Positions 39,336 through 51,149 are shown, counted from the stretch's first letter. The stretch is DNA of 64,000 nucleotides from Humibacter sp. (GCF_035547335.1 NZ_DASZVF010000067.1:21768-85767), one strand, 5' to 3'. A program made the numbers and translations. The notes: generated from the sequence alone by a model not told the origin.

Positions 39336-40538
39336 ATGGACTCCACCTGGTTGGTGCTGCTGTCTCTGGCACTCGGCCTCGTGGTCGGCGCCGGATTCGT
39401 GTGGCTGCTGTACTCGGCGGCATCCCGCAGCCATCGCGCGACGGAGATCGTGAACCCCACGGTGCCCGACGGCGTCGACCAGGTGCTGGAAGCCCTTCCG
39501 ACCGCCGGCATCGTGGTGGATCCGAGCAACAACGTGGTGCGGGCTTCGGCCGGTGCGTACAGCCTCGGACTCGTCTGGAACGCGGCGCTCAGCCAGCCGC
39601 GACTCGTCGAGCTCGTCGACGAGGTGCGGCGAACGGGAGAGCCCGTCGCCGAAGACCTCGAACTGGCCAGGAGCTCGCTAGGGGATGCCACGGTGCAGCT
39701 CACGGTGCGCGTCGCCAGGCTCGGCTCCCGCTACATCCTCCTGCTCGCGGACGACCGGACGGAGGCCGTGCGGCTGGAGCAGGTGCGTCGCGACTTCGTG
39801 GCGAACATCAGTCACGAGCTCAAGACGCCGATCGGCGCCATCAGCGTGCTCGCCGAGGCGCTCGCGAGCGCGCCGGACGACGGGGAGCAGGTGCGGCACT
39901 TCGCCGCCCGGCTCACCGGCGAGGCAGCACGCCTCGGGCGACTGACCCAGGACATCATCGACCTCTCCAAGCTGCAGGCGGCGGAGATCGTTCCGCATGC
40001 CGAGCGCGTCTCCATCGACGACGTCGTCGCCGCCGCCATCGACCAGAACCGGGTGCTCGCGGACTCGCGGGGCATCGAGCTCGCCTCCGGCAAGCGCTCC
40101 CGTGCCGCCGTGTTCGGCGACGAGAACGTGCTCACCACGGCCGTGCACAACCTCATCTCGAACGCCGTGCGCTACTCGCCCGAGAACACCAGAGTGGGCA
40201 TCGGCACCCGACTGAACGACGGAGTCGTCGAGATCTCCGTCACCGACCAGGGGCCAGGCATCCCCCCTGAGGACCAGGACCGCGTCTTCGAACGCTTCTA
40301 TCGAGTCGATCAGGCCCGTTCGAGAGCGACAGGCGGCACCGGCCTCGGCCTCTCGATCGTGAAGCACGCCGTGCAGAATCACGGCGGCGAGGTGCGCGTG
40401 TGGTCGCAGCCCGGCCGCGGATCCACTTTCACCATCCGGCTCCCCGAGGCGGAAGGACCGACATCGGAGCCGCAGGCGCCCGACGAGTCCGACCGGCCAT
40501 CGGAGACCGCCATGACCCAAGGAGAACGACCGATATGA
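39336..40538 (+). CDS. senX3: phosphate-sensing histidine kinase SenX3/PhoR-type
   Basis: N-terminal TM, PAS-like region, H-box FVANISHELKTP, N/G boxes. Confidence 0.9.
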   Translation: MDSTWLVLLSLALGLVVGAGFVWLLYSAASRSHRATEIVNPTVPDGVDQVLEALPTAGIVVDPSNNVVRASAGAYSLGLVWNAALSQPRLVELVDEVRRTGEPVAEDLELARSSLGDATVQLTVRVARLGSRYILLLADDRTEAVRLEQVRRDFVANISHELKTPIGAISVLAEALASAPDDGEQVRHFAARLTGEAARLGRLTQDIIDLSKLQAAEIVPHAERVSIDDVVAAAIDQNRVLADSRGIELASGKRSRAAVFGDENVLTTAVHNLISNAVRYSPENTRVGIGTRLNDGVVEISVTDQGPGIPPEDQDRVFERFYRVDQARSRATGGTGLGLSIVKHAVQNHGGEVRVWSQPGRGSTFTIRLPEAEGPTSEPQAPDESDRPSETAMTQGERPI

Positions 40539-41218
40539 CCCGCATCCTGCTCGTGGAAGACGAGGAGTCGCTGAGCGAGCCGCTCGCCTTCCTGCTCGGG
40601 CGAGAGGGATACGAGGTGGCAGTGGCCGCCGACGGCGTCGCCGCGCTCACCGAGTTCGATCGCGAAGGTGCCGATCTCGTGCTGCTCGACCTCATGCTTC
40701 CCGGCATACCAGGAACGGAGGTGTGCAAGCAGCTTCGTTCGCGTTCGAACGTTCCCATCATCATGCTCACGGCGAAGGACTCGGAGGTCGACATCGTCGT
40801 CGGTCTGGAGCTGGGGGCCGACGACTACGTCACCAAGCCGTACTCCACGAGGGAGCTGCTCGCACGCATCCGGGCGGTGCTGCGGCGGCGGACGGAGGAG
40901 GCGCCGTTCGACGACGGCATCCTCGAGGCGGGCAGCGTGCGCATGGATGTCGACCGGCACACCGTCTCGGTCGCCGGCGTCGAGACGCCCATGCCGCTCA
41001 AGGAATTCGAGCTGCTGGAGCTGCTGCTGCGCAACGCCGGCCGCGTGCTCACCAGGGGACAGCTGATCGACAGGGTGTGGGGCAGCGACTACTTCGGCGA
41101 CACGAAGACGCTCGACGTGCACATCAAGCGCATCCGTTCCCGCATCGAGCAGAACCCGTCGGAGCCGCAGATGCTCGTCACCGTGCGCGGGCTGGGCTAC
41201 CGTTTCGAGGACAGCTGA
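40535..41218 (+). CDS. regX3: OmpR-family response regulator RegX3/PhoP-type
   Basis: MTRILLVEDEESL...LLDLMLPG...TAKDSE and a wHTH C-terminus. The ATG overlaps the senX3 stop (ATGA). Confidence 0.92.
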   Translation: MTRILLVEDEESLSEPLAFLLGREGYEVAVAADGVAALTEFDREGADLVLLDLMLPGIPGTEVCKQLRSRSNVPIIMLTAKDSEVDIVVGLELGADDYVTKPYSTRELLARIRAVLRRRTEEAPFDDGILEAGSVRMDVDRHTVSVAGVETPMPLKEFELLELLLRNAGRVLTRGQLIDRVWGSDYFGDTKTLDVHIKRIRSRIEQNPSEPQMLVTVRGLGYRFEDS

Positions 41219-41399
41219 CGGCTCAGCTCCGGGTGGCGCGCAGGTCCTTCAGAGCTCGCGCTGACGCGCCGCAAGAAGGCGGCATGGCGGCGTCGCGAGC
41301 GGGCATGCCCCGTGGCGCGAACGTAGCGTGCCGCCGCGGCGCGAACCTGGCCGCGAGCGACGGGGAGCCTCGCGCTTCGACCCCTGGCGGGCGCGGGCG

Positions 41400-41882
41400 T
41401 CACCGCGTGGGAGCGAACGCCTCGTATCCGGGGAACGTCGACGACAGCACCGGCACCTGGATCTGGGCGCCCGTCGCATCAGCGTATGTGAAGTAGACGT
41501 CGGTCAGCGAGCCTGGCTTCGCGTCCAGCCCCGTGAACTCGATGCGCCGTCCTTCGCCGCCGACCTTCTTGATGCCGTCAGCCGGAATGGCGATGTCGTG
41601 CGACGACGAACCGTGGTGGACCGTCAGGTAGTGCGCCTTGTCCTCGTTGTTGACGAAGGTGACGACGAGGTTGCCGATCGTGCCCCTGGTGTTGGAGACG
41701 ATGACCGCGTTGCGGATGTCGATCTTGCCCACGGATCCGTTCACGCCGTGAGCGGTCTCCTTGATGTACAGGGTGTCCTGCGGAGTGAGCAGGGTGCAGC
41801 CCGACATGCCCGCCGTGAGTCCGAGAGCGAGAACGATGGATGCCGCTACGCGCGCCTTCACTTCAGATCCTCCAAGTCGCAC
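41400..41882 (-). CDS. hypothetical lipoprotein
   Basis: Signal plus lipobox (ASIVLALGLTAGMSGC). No family recognised. Confidence 0.6.
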   Translation of the reverse strand: MRLGGSEVKARVAASIVLALGLTAGMSGCTLLTPQDTLYIKETAHGVNGSVGKIDIRNAVIVSNTRGTIGNLVVTFVNNEDKAHYLTVHHGSSSHDIAIPADGIKKVGGEGRRIEFTGLDAKPGSLTDVYFTYADATGAQIQVPVLSSTFPGYEAFAPTR

Positions 41883-42022
41883 CGGGCCGGCCGGATCGGC
41901 CTGTTACGAACACCGCGGATTGCCTTTCGAGCCTACCGTATCGCGGTCGGCGGCCGACCGGCGGCACAGGATAGCACGGCCCTGCTGTGGTATCCTAGAC
42001 GCTGCTGAAGGGACTGCTATCT

Positions 42023-42505
42023 ATGCTTTTCGAGGTCGGCGAGACTGTCGTTTACCCGCACCACGGTGCCGCAACCATCACCGAGGTGAAGAAGAGAATC
42101 ATCAAGGGTGAAGAGAAGGTCTACCTCAAGCTCAACGTCACCCAAGGCGACCTGACGATCGAGGTTCCGGCCGAGAACGTCGACCTGGTCGGGGTCAGGG
42201 ACGTGATCGGCAAAGAGGGCCTCGACAAGGTGTTCGAGGTGCTGCGCGCCCAGTTCACCGAGGAACCGACCAACTGGTCCCGCCGCTACAAGGCGAACCT
42301 CGAGAAGCTCGCCTCCGGCGACGTGATCAAGGTCTCGGAGGTCGTGCGCGACCTCTGGCGTCGCGACCAGGACCGCGGACTGTCCGCGGGAGAGAAGCGT
42401 ATGCTCGCCAAGGCGCGGCAGATCCTCATCTCGGAGCTTGCCCTGGCGGAGAAGACCGACGAGGAGCAGGCCTCCAGCGTGCTCGACGAGGTCCTCGCCT
42501 CGTAG
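42023..42505 (+). CDS. carD: CarD-family RNA-polymerase-binding transcriptional regulator
   Basis: [19 protein letters not shown]...NWSRRYKAN is the canonical CarD pattern. Confidence 0.93.
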   Translation: MLFEVGETVVYPHHGAATITEVKKRIIKGEEKVYLKLNVTQGDLTIEVPAENVDLVGVRDVIGKEGLDKVFEVLRAQFTEEPTNWSRRYKANLEKLASGDVIKVSEVVRDLWRRDQDRGLSAGEKRMLAKARQILISELALAEKTDEEQASSVLDEVLAS

Positions 42506-42539
42506 TCGCTGCGACCGAGCTCGCACTACGCTCATCGGC

Positions 42540-43709
42540 ATGAGCGCATTCTCGCCGCGCGTGGCGGTCATCGTGGTGGCCGCAGGCTCCGGAACACGAC
42601 TCGGCGCGGGACTGCCGAAGGCGTTCGTGTCCGTCGGCGGCCTGACGCTGCTCGAGCACGCCGTACATGCCGTGAACGGCATGAGTTCGCATGCCCGTCT
42701 CGTGGCCGTGGTGCCTGCCGAGCGGGCCGACGAGGTGCGTGAGCTGTTGCGACCTCTCGCCTCTGAAGCGGTCGTCGTGGCGGGCGGTGCCAGCAGGCAG
42801 GCATCCGTCGCGGCCGGCCTGGCCGTGCTCGACGAGGCGATCGAGGTCGTGCTGGTGCACGACGCCGCGCGCGCGTTCACGCCATCCGAGCAGTTCGACG
42901 CCGTGGTGGAGGCCGTCGACGCGGGCGGCGAAGGCGTCGTACCCGGCCTCCCCGTGAGCGATACCATCAAGCGCACGGATGCCGCAGCGCGCGTCGTCGA
43001 CACCGTCGACCGTTCCGAGCTGGTCGCCGTGCAGACGCCGCAGGGGTTTCCACGCGGCATTCTCGAGGCGGCGTACGCGGCCGCCAAGGAGGAGGCGACG
43101 GACGACGCGGCACTGGTCGCCGCCATCGGGCACCCAGTGCGCATCGTGGCCGGTGCTGCGCTGGCGTTCAAGATCACGACGCCTGCCGACCTCGCCAGAG
43201 CCGAGCAGCTGTTCGGCGGTTCGGCTCTCACGCAGCGCGTCGGGCTCGGAACGGACACCCACGCGTTCGCCGACGGCGGCGAGCTGCGGCTCGCCTGTCT
43301 CGCCTGGCCGGGAGTGCCGGCGCTCGCCGGCCACAGCGACGGAGACGCGGTCGCGCACGCGATCGTCGACGCGCTGCTGTCCGCCGCTGGGCTCGGCGAC
43401 ATCGGGTCCGTGTTCGGCACGGACGATCCGCGCTTCGCCGGCGCGCACGGCGACGTGTTCCTTCGTGCCGTTCGAGAACGGCTCGCCGAGACCGGCTGGC
43501 GGGTGGCGAACGTGAGCGTGCAGCTCGTCGGCAACCAGCCCCGCTTCTCGCCGAGACGCACCGAGGCGGAGGCCGTGCTGTCCGGCATCCTCGGCGCGCC
43601 CGTCTCCGTGTCGGCGACCACCACCGACGGCCTGGGCTTCACCGGTCGGGGCGAGGGCGTAACGGCGATCGCGACAGCGCTTGTTGCCAGCCGACGCCCC
43701 ATAAGCTGA
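42540..43709 (+). CDS. ispDF: fused 2-C-methyl-D-erythritol 4-phosphate cytidylyltransferase / MEcPP synthase
   Basis: IspD motif [11 protein letters not shown]...KAF at the N-terminus. IspF motif GLGTDTHAF...[11 protein letters not shown] in the C-terminal 160 aa. One continuous frame. Confidence 0.9.
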   Translation: MSAFSPRVAVIVVAAGSGTRLGAGLPKAFVSVGGLTLLEHAVHAVNGMSSHARLVAVVPAERADEVRELLRPLASEAVVVAGGASRQASVAAGLAVLDEAIEVVLVHDAARAFTPSEQFDAVVEAVDAGGEGVVPGLPVSDTIKRTDAAARVVDTVDRSELVAVQTPQGFPRGILEAAYAAAKEEATDDAALVAAIGHPVRIVAGAALAFKITTPADLARAEQLFGGSALTQRVGLGTDTHAFADGGELRLACLAWPGVPALAGHSDGDAVAHAIVDALLSAAGLGDIGSVFGTDDPRFAGAHGDVFLRAVRERLAETGWRVANVSVQLVGNQPRFSPRRTEAEAVLSGILGAPVSVSATTTDGLGFTGRGEGVTAIATALVASRRPIS

Positions 43710-43713
43710 CTCT

Positions 43714-45153
43714 GTGGGAATCCGACTGTACGACACGAGAGCCGCGGGACTGCGCGACTTCGTTCCGATCGAGACCGGCAAGGTCGGCATCTACGTCTGC
43801 GGCCCCACCGTGCAGTCCTCCCCGCACATCGGGCATCTGCGCTCCGCGCTGGTCTACGACCAGATGCGCAGATGGTTCAACTACCGCGGATACGAGGTCA
43901 CACTCGTGCGCAACGTCACCGACATCGACGACAAGGTGCTCATCAACGCCGCCGCCGCGCAGGCATCCGGCAGCAGCGAGCAGTGGTGGGCGCTGGCCTA
44001 CCGCTACGAGCGCGAGTTCGACGAGGGATACCGCGCCCTCGGCATCCAGCCGCCCACCTACGAACCGCGTGCGACGGCGAACATCCCGCAGATGCAGGAG
44101 CTCATCGCGCGCCTGATCGAGGGCGAGCACGCGTATGTGGCCGATGACGCCTCCGGCGACGTGTACTTCGACGTGCACAGCTGGCCGCACTACGGGGAGC
44201 TGACGAAGCAGAGCATCGATGCCATGGAGCCGGCGACGGATGCCGACCCGCGGGCCAAGCGCGACCCCCGCGACTTCGCGCTCTGGAAAGGCCGCAAGGA
44301 CGACGAGCCGGAGTCGGCCGCGTGGGAGAGCCCGTGGGGACCGGGGCGCCCGGGCTGGCACATCGAGTGCTCCGCCATGTCGTCCCGCTATCTCGGCCCG
44401 CACTTCGACATCCACGGCGGGGGCCTCGACCTGCGCTTCCCGCACCACGAGAACGAGGTAGCCCAGTCGACCGCGGCCGGGAACGCGTTCGCCGAATATT
44501 GGGTGCACAACGGCCTCGTGAACATCTCCGGCCAGAAGATGTCGAAGTCGCTCGGCAACTCCGTCTACGCGGCCGACCTGCTGGGCACCGCGCGGCCGCT
44601 CGTCGTGCGCTACTACCTCGGCTCGGCGCACTACCGCTCCACGATCGATTTCACGGAGAGCTCGCTGGCCGAGGCGGAGGCGGCGATGGAGCGAATCTCG
44701 GGCTTCCTCGAGCGCGTCGACCGGCGCCTGGCCGGCACGAGGTTCGCCTCCAGCGGCGCCGAGGTGATCCCCGAGGAGTTCGCCAGGGCGATGGACGACG
44801 ACTTCGCCGTTCCGCAGGCGCTGGCGGTGCTGCACGACACCGTGCGCGCGGGCAACCAGGCGCTCGACGGCGAGGACCTCGGCGCTGCAGCGACGGCGAG
44901 GGGACAGGTCGAGGCCATGACGGAGGTGCTCGGCATCAATCCGCTGTCCCCGCAGTGGCAGGCGGCGCGAGGGGACACCCGGGCGCGCACGGCTCTGGAT
45001 GCCCTGCTGCGCCGGCTTCTCACCGACCGGCAGGCGGCACGCCAGGCCCGGGACTTCGCCCTTGCCGACCGCATCCGCTCGGAGCTGGCCGAGGCGGGCA
45101 TCACGATCGAAGACACCCCGACGGGTGCGCATTGGAGTATCGATGGCGAATAA
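43714..45153 (+). CDS. cysS: cysteine--tRNA ligase
   Basis: [15 protein letters not shown] (HIGH) and KMSKS motifs. GTG start. Confidence 0.93.
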   Translation: MGIRLYDTRAAGLRDFVPIETGKVGIYVCGPTVQSSPHIGHLRSALVYDQMRRWFNYRGYEVTLVRNVTDIDDKVLINAAAAQASGSSEQWWALAYRYEREFDEGYRALGIQPPTYEPRATANIPQMQELIARLIEGEHAYVADDASGDVYFDVHSWPHYGELTKQSIDAMEPATDADPRAKRDPRDFALWKGRKDDEPESAAWESPWGPGRPGWHIECSAMSSRYLGPHFDIHGGGLDLRFPHHENEVAQSTAAGNAFAEYWVHNGLVNISGQKMSKSLGNSVYAADLLGTARPLVVRYYLGSAHYRSTIDFTESSLAEAEAAMERISGFLERVDRRLAGTRFASSGAEVIPEEFARAMDDDFAVPQALAVLHDTVRAGNQALDGEDLGAAATARGQVEAMTEVLGINPLSPQWQAARGDTRARTALDALLRRLLTDRQAARQARDFALADRIRSELAEAGITIEDTPTGAHWSIDGE

Positions 45154-46144
45154 GCCGCGCGCGGGTGCCGTGCGCAAATCGAAGAAGGGCCCGACCAAGG
45201 GCACGGGCGGCAACGGCCGCAAGGCGCTCGAGGGCAAGGGACCGACGCCCAAGGCGGAGGACCGGCCGTATCACGTGGCGGCCAAGCGCAAGGCGCTCGC
45301 CGATCGTGCGTCGGCGAAGGCGGCCGCTCGCGGTGGCCAGCGGTCCAACACAGGAGGCGGGACGACCGCGCGCAGAGCCACCTCCGACGACTCCGAGATC
45401 GTCACCGGCCGCAACTCGGTGCTCGAGGCGCTGCGCGCACGCATCCCCGCCACCACGCTGTACATCGCGGCGCGGATCGAGCTGGACGACCGGGTCAAGG
45501 AGATCATGAGCACGGCCACCAAGCGGGGCATCCCCGTCTTGGAGGTCATGCGTCCTGAGCTGGACAGGCTCTCCGGCAGGGACGCGGTGCATCAGGGCGT
45601 GGCGCTCAAGGTGCCGCCCTACGAGTACCGGCATGCCGACGACGTGCTCGACGCCACGCTGAGCGCCGGCCAGACGCCCCTGTTCGTCGCGCTGGACGGT
45701 GTGACGGATCCGCGCAACCTAGGCGCGATCATCCGCTCGACGGCGGCTTTCGGCGGGCAGACCGTGATCGTTCCTCAGCGTCGCTCGGTCGGCCTGACGG
45801 CGTCGGCGTGGAAGACGTCGGCGGGAGCAGCCGCTCGCACCCCGGTGTCGATGGCGGCCAACCTGACGCAGACCCTGAAGGGACTGAAGAAGCGCGGGCT
45901 GTTCGTGCTCGGCCTGGACGGGGACGGCGACGTCTCGCTGCACGATCTCGAGCTCGCCGACCGCGGCGTCGTCATCGTCGTCGGGAGCGAAGGCAAGGGG
46001 CTGTCCCGGCTGGTGAGCGAGACGTGCGACGCGATCGTCTCGATTCCGATCTCGTCCGCGACGGAGTCGCTCAACGCCGGCATCGCCGCGAGCGTCACTC
46101 TGTACGAGATCGCGAAGCGGCGTGCGGAGGCGTCCGCCCGCTGA
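45143..46144 (+). CDS. rlmB: 23S rRNA (guanosine-2'-O-)-methyltransferase RlmB (SpoU/TrmH family)
   Basis: Lys/Arg-rich N-terminal tail, then a SpoU_sub_bind region and a SpoU methylase domain ([15 protein letters not shown]...[10 protein letters not shown]). Overlaps cysS by 11 nt. Confidence 0.88.
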   Translation: MANKPRAGAVRKSKKGPTKGTGGNGRKALEGKGPTPKAEDRPYHVAAKRKALADRASAKAAARGGQRSNTGGGTTARRATSDDSEIVTGRNSVLEALRARIPATTLYIAARIELDDRVKEIMSTATKRGIPVLEVMRPELDRLSGRDAVHQGVALKVPPYEYRHADDVLDATLSAGQTPLFVALDGVTDPRNLGAIIRSTAAFGGQTVIVPQRRSVGLTASAWKTSAGAAARTPVSMAANLTQTLKGLKKRGLFVLGLDGDGDVSLHDLELADRGVVIVVGSEGKGLSRLVSETCDAIVSIPISSATESLNAGIAASVTLYEIAKRRAEASAR

Positions 46145-46233
46145 GTCCGCGCCATCCGCCGCCGGTGCCGACGGCCGGCAGCGGCGGCCCGGCCTAGCCT
46201 GGAGGGGACTGCTCGCCCCGAAAGGTGCTGATC

Positions 46234-47127
46234 ATGGACGATCGACAACGACTGCTCGCGCGCGTGTACTCGCGGGAGGGAGCGGCGGAGGAGCCCCAGG
46301 AGTACCGTGACCCGAGCACCGGAACGCCGGTGCGCATGACGCCCAGCGAGTGGGCGCTCGCCGAGTTCGACCGGCTGCACCCCGCCGAAGTGTCCACCGC
46401 TTCGGACCGGGACGCGGTGGACAGGGGCCTCGGTGGTTCCCGGATGCATCCGATCGGCGCGGCTGCCCGGAACGACGCGGCACGTGTCGGCGATGCAGCG
46501 GATGCCCGCAGCCGCGACAGCGAGCAGCCCGCGGAGGGCGAGGACGAGGACCAGGGCGAGGGCGACAGCGGCCGCACCACCGGCGGGCGGGGTCGCAGCC
46601 CCTCGGTGGTGAGGCGAGCAGCACCCGTGCTGATCGGTGCCGGGGCCTTCGTGCTCGGCGTGCTCGTGGCGACCGGCATCTCCGCAGCGATCGGCGGGGG
46701 AGACCACGCGCCGTCCACGCCGGCAGCCGCGACTACGACGATCATCCCCGACGACGCCTTCCGACCGCTTCCCGGTCCCGCCATCCAGGAGTTCTTCAGA
46801 ACGGCGCCCAGGGTCGACGATCTGCCGGCCGCTGTGACGAGCGGCTTCGTTCCCACGTCGTTCCACCTGGTCGCGGGCAGCGTCACGATGCAACAGAGCG
46901 CGACGCTCTACGCCGCGAAGCGGCTCGACGACGAATACTGCCTCGTGGCCGTCGCGGGAGGGAACCGGGTGGCTGAGACGTGCTCGACCGTGGAAGGCAT
47001 CGCTCTGCACGGCCTCACGCTGGCGAAGGATGCCGTTCGCGACGTCGACGGACGCCCGCTCACCGTCACGGTCACCGCGGCGAGGGACGGCACGATCAGA
47101 TGGGAGGCGATGCCGTCGGCGGGCTGA
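46234..47127 (+). CDS. hypothetical single-pass membrane protein
   Basis: ATG 46234 lies 8 nt after AAAGG. Acidic cytoplasmic N-region, one TM (VLIGAGAFVLGVLVATGI), and an extracytoplasmic C-domain. Confidence 0.55.
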   Translation: MDDRQRLLARVYSREGAAEEPQEYRDPSTGTPVRMTPSEWALAEFDRLHPAEVSTASDRDAVDRGLGGSRMHPIGAAARNDAARVGDAADARSRDSEQPAEGEDEDQGEGDSGRTTGGRGRSPSVVRRAAPVLIGAGAFVLGVLVATGISAAIGGGDHAPSTPAAATTTIIPDDAFRPLPGPAIQEFFRTAPRVDDLPAAVTSGFVPTSFHLVAGSVTMQQSATLYAAKRLDDEYCLVAVAGGNRVAETCSTVEGIALHGLTLAKDAVRDVDGRPLTVTVTAARDGTIRWEAMPSAG

Positions 47128-47140
47128 GCGCGGCCTGCGT

Positions 47141-48442
47141 TCAGACCTTGGACATCCAGTCCTCGTCGTCCGCTTCGTCGTCGACGACGGAGACGGGCAC
47201 GGTGAAGGCCTCGGTGACCGGGGCGATCACCGTCGCCTCGTCGCGGCGATGACGGAGCACGTCGTTGATGTACGACGACAGCGCCTCCGCGAGCGGAACG
47301 TCGCGCCCCTGCTCCTGGGACATGAACCACCTGTGGTCAAGAAGCTGGTGGAAGACCTCGGCCGGCTCGAGCTTGCCCCGCAGCTCGGCCGGGATGGCCC
47401 GCACGACCGGCTCGAACACCCTCATCAGCCACTCGTGGGCGATGGCCTCCTCGTCCAGGCCCTGCTTGGCCACCGTCGCCGCGTAGGAGTCCAGGTCGTT
47501 CAGAAGGCGCCGCGCCTGGTTCTCGCCGGTGTCCAGCCCCGTGAGCCGCAGCAGACGCCGCTGGTGGTGACCGGCATCCACGACCTTCGGCTGAATGCGC
47601 ACGGTGCCGCTGTCGGTGCCGGTGCTGCGGATGGCGAGCTCCTCGATGTCGAAGCCGAGCTCGTTGAGCCTGCGCACGCGTTCGGCGATGCGCCAGCGAT
47701 CGGATGCCGAGAAGGACTCGCTGCCGGTGAGCTCCTTCCAGAGCACCCGGTAGGCGGCGACGATTCCGCCGGAGACGTCGACCGGGTCGACCTCCTCGGC
47801 AAGGCGACCGCCCGCCTGGATGTCCATGAGCTCGCCCGCGATGTTGACCCTCGCGATCTCGAGGTCGTTCTCGCGCTGGCCGTTCGACAGGCCGCCTTCG
47901 TAGAGCTGGCCGGTCTCGGCATCCACGAGATAGGCGGCGAACGCGCCGGCATCGCGGCGGAACAGCGTGTTGGAGAGCGAGACGTCGCCCCAGAAGAAGC
48001 CCACCATGTGCAGGCGCACGAGCAGCACCGCGAGAGCGTCGACGAGACGGGTCGCCGTGTCGGGTCGCAGGGTCTGCGAGTAGAGCGCGCGGTAGGGCAG
48101 CGAGAACTTGAGATGCCGCGTCACGAGCACGGGCTTCAGCGGCTTGCCGGAGTCATCCGACCGTCCCTCGATCACGGCCACCGGCTCGACGCACGGCACA
48201 TCCAGGCGCTGGAGCGTGCGCAGCATGTCGTACTCGCGTCTGGCCATCTCTCCCGTCGTCTCCTTGATGGCGATGACGTACCCGGAGAGGTTCGCGAAGC
48301 GCACCAGGTGACGCGAGATGCCCTTGGGAAGCAACGCGATGTGCTCGTTGGACCACTTGTCCAACGGCAGGTTCCAGGGCAGGTCGAGGAGCGCGGGATC
48401 GACGGTTGCCGCGGTGATGTTGACGGAGCCGGCCATAGCCAT
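47141..48442 (-). CDS. kinase-like (Kdo/RIO-type fold) plus DUF4032-type protein
   Basis: WGDVSLSNTLF...YLVDAETG resembles the catalytic-loop/DFG-equivalent of small atypical kinases. Start at ATG 48442 (MAMAGS...); the ORF-track extension runs into msiK. Confidence 0.7.
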   Translation of the reverse strand: MAMAGSVNITAATVDPALLDLPWNLPLDKWSNEHIALLPKGISRHLVRFANLSGYVIAIKETTGEMARREYDMLRTLQRLDVPCVEPVAVIEGRSDDSGKPLKPVLVTRHLKFSLPYRALYSQTLRPDTATRLVDALAVLLVRLHMVGFFWGDVSLSNTLFRRDAGAFAAYLVDAETGQLYEGGLSNGQRENDLEIARVNIAGELMDIQAGGRLAEEVDPVDVSGGIVAAYRVLWKELTGSESFSASDRWRIAERVRRLNELGFDIEELAIRSTGTDSGTVRIQPKVVDAGHHQRRLLRLTGLDTGENQARRLLNDLDSYAATVAKQGLDEEAIAHEWLMRVFEPVVRAIPAELRGKLEPAEVFHQLLDHRWFMSQEQGRDVPLAEALSSYINDVLRHRRDEATVIAPVTEAFTVPVSVVDDEADDEDWMSKV

Positions 48443-48539
48443 CAAGCCTAGGGCGTGCGCGCTCCCCCGAGGGGTACAGCGAAGCCCCCGGCCCGAGCGA
48501 ACTCGGAACCGGGGGCCTCGATGATGGGATGCGCGAAGG

Positions 48540-49634
<1,095 letters not shown>

Positions 49635-49926
49635 GGTGTGTCTCCTTCACCGGCAGGTACGTGCCGGACGATCCGTTGTGATGGATGTTGTATGGCCATC
49701 GGTCGCCGATGACCAGGACCGATGCTACGACAAGAGTCGAGGATGCGCCGAATCGGGTTCGGGTCGTTGGGCGGAGACGCAGCGTTCACCCCGGTCGTGT
49801 TGCGCCTCTCCGCAGCGCTCGTCTGGGCATTTCCCAGAGTGCGGCTCTAGGGTTGTGGCGTTCGCGTGCCGCCTTGCCGCATGCCCCCCGAACCTGACAC
49901 AGCTTTCGCACCTGAAGTGAGATCGA
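49635..49926 (-). promoter_or_regulatory. long structured 5' leader of msiK (candidate msiK RNA motif)
   Basis: About 290 nt of intergenic sequence with several stems read by eye (GCGGAGA/TCTCCGC; CATCGGTC/GACCGATG; CCGGCA/TGCCGG just before the GAAGGAG SD). Confidence 0.3.
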
Positions 49927-50847
49927 ATGACCAACGGCGATGTCGAACGCCGCCCGTCCAATGGAGAACGCCGCGCCGCAGCACGTGACAAGGCACGCCA
50001 GCTGCGCGACGCACACCGTAAGCAGGAGCGTCGCAGGCGGGCCGTCGTCAGGTCGAGCATCGTCGTGGTGGTCCTGGCCGTCGCTGCGGTCGTCGCGGTC
50101 GTGATCGTCTCCTCGATCCACCCGCCGTCGCACGGTCCGGCGAACATGGCGAGCGATGGCATCCTCATCGGCAAGGGCATGAAGGCGCAACGCACGCCTG
50201 CCACCGCTCCGGATGCCAAGCCCGTCGTGAACAAGCCGGATGCCACTGGCGCGACCGTCAGCATCGTCACCTACATCGACTACCTCTGCCCGTACTGCGG
50301 CGAGTTCGAGCGCACCAACGCGGACCAGATCGGCAAGCTCGTCGACTCGGGCGCCGCGACCGTGGAGATCCATCCCATCCCGCTGCTCGCCAGCCACTCG
50401 GCAGGAACCAAGTACTCGCTGCGCGCCGACAACGCTGCTGCGTGCGTCGCCAACTACGACCCGAACTCGTTCTGGGAATTCAACCGGCAGCTGTTCGAGA
50501 ACCAGCCGAAGGAGAACACGGCGGGTCTCACCGACGCCCAGATCAAGCAGCTCGTGAAGCGGGCGGGCGTGAAGGACTACGACTCGGTGTCGAAGTGCAT
50601 CGACGACAGCCGGTTCGACTCGTGGGCGCAGAACGCGCTCGACCGCACGCTCACCGGTCCCATCCCGAACTCGAGCGTGAAGCAACTGAAGGGCACACCG
50701 CTCGTGCTCGTCAACGGCAAGCAGTACCAGGGCTCGCTGACCGACCCCGACGAGTTCCGCGCGTTCATCGTGAAGGCGCAGGCCGACACGTACTCCACGC
50801 AGAAGCCGACGCCCACCCCGACGCCGACGGCCACCTCGAACGGCTGA
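49927..50847 (+). CDS. membrane-anchored DsbA-family thiol:disulfide oxidoreductase
   Basis: N-terminal TM, then a thioredoxin fold with the CPYC active site (YIDYLCPYCGEFE). Confidence 0.85.
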   Translation: MTNGDVERRPSNGERRAAARDKARQLRDAHRKQERRRRAVVRSSIVVVVLAVAAVVAVVIVSSIHPPSHGPANMASDGILIGKGMKAQRTPATAPDAKPVVNKPDATGATVSIVTYIDYLCPYCGEFERTNADQIGKLVDSGAATVEIHPIPLLASHSAGTKYSLRADNAAACVANYDPNSFWEFNRQLFENQPKENTAGLTDAQIKQLVKRAGVKDYDSVSKCIDDSRFDSWAQNALDRTLTGPIPNSSVKQLKGTPLVLVNGKQYQGSLTDPDEFRAFIVKAQADTYSTQKPTPTPTPTATSNG

Positions 50848-50875
50848 CCCTGCGCCGACACCCGCGGCCTCCCGT

Positions 50876-50895
50876 GGGTTGAGCTTGTCGAAACC
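50876..50895. repeat. third copy of the 20-nt REP-like element GGGTTGAGCTTGTCGAAACC
   Basis: Identical to the reverse complement of 32870-32889. Nested in GTGGGTT...AACCCAC. Confidence 0.75.
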
Positions 50896-50921
50896 CACGT
50901 CGGGGATGGCGGACCGGAGGT

Positions 50922-50977
50922 GAACCTGGCCGACCTCGAGCGGCCGAACCTGGCCGAACTCGAGCGGCCGAACCGCC
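50922..50977. repeat. tandem 24-bp direct repeat, about 2.3 copies
   Basis: GAACCTGGCCGA[C/A]CTCGAGCGGCC x2 plus a partial copy, between dsbA-like and tRNA-Thr. Confidence 0.75.
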
Positions 50978-51076
50978 ACGGTGGATCGCGGCGCACTTCT
51001 GCCCTGGGCCGGGAGCCGTCCTGCCGCACGTCGCCGATCGACAGCCCCGTAATATGGTCCCGAGGGCACGCCCTCT

Positions 51077-51149
51077 GCCGGCTTGGCGCAATCGGTAGCG
51101 CAACGCTCTTGTAAAGCGTAGGTTGCGGGTTCGAGTCCCGCAGCCGGCT
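51077..51149 (+). tRNA. tRNA-Thr (anticodon UGU)
   Basis: Folded by hand, 73 nt. Acceptor GCCGGCT/AGCCGGC, D-arm GCGC-AATCGGTA-GCGC, anticodon loop CTTGTAA, T-arm GCGGG-TTCGAGT-CCCGC. Confidence 0.92.

Noticed and set aside
49811-49825. A second CebR-like box (GACGAGCGCTGCGG) in the msiK leader.
   Set aside because: Only the central AGCGCT is palindromic and the flanks do not pair. It is mentioned only as a weak half-match.
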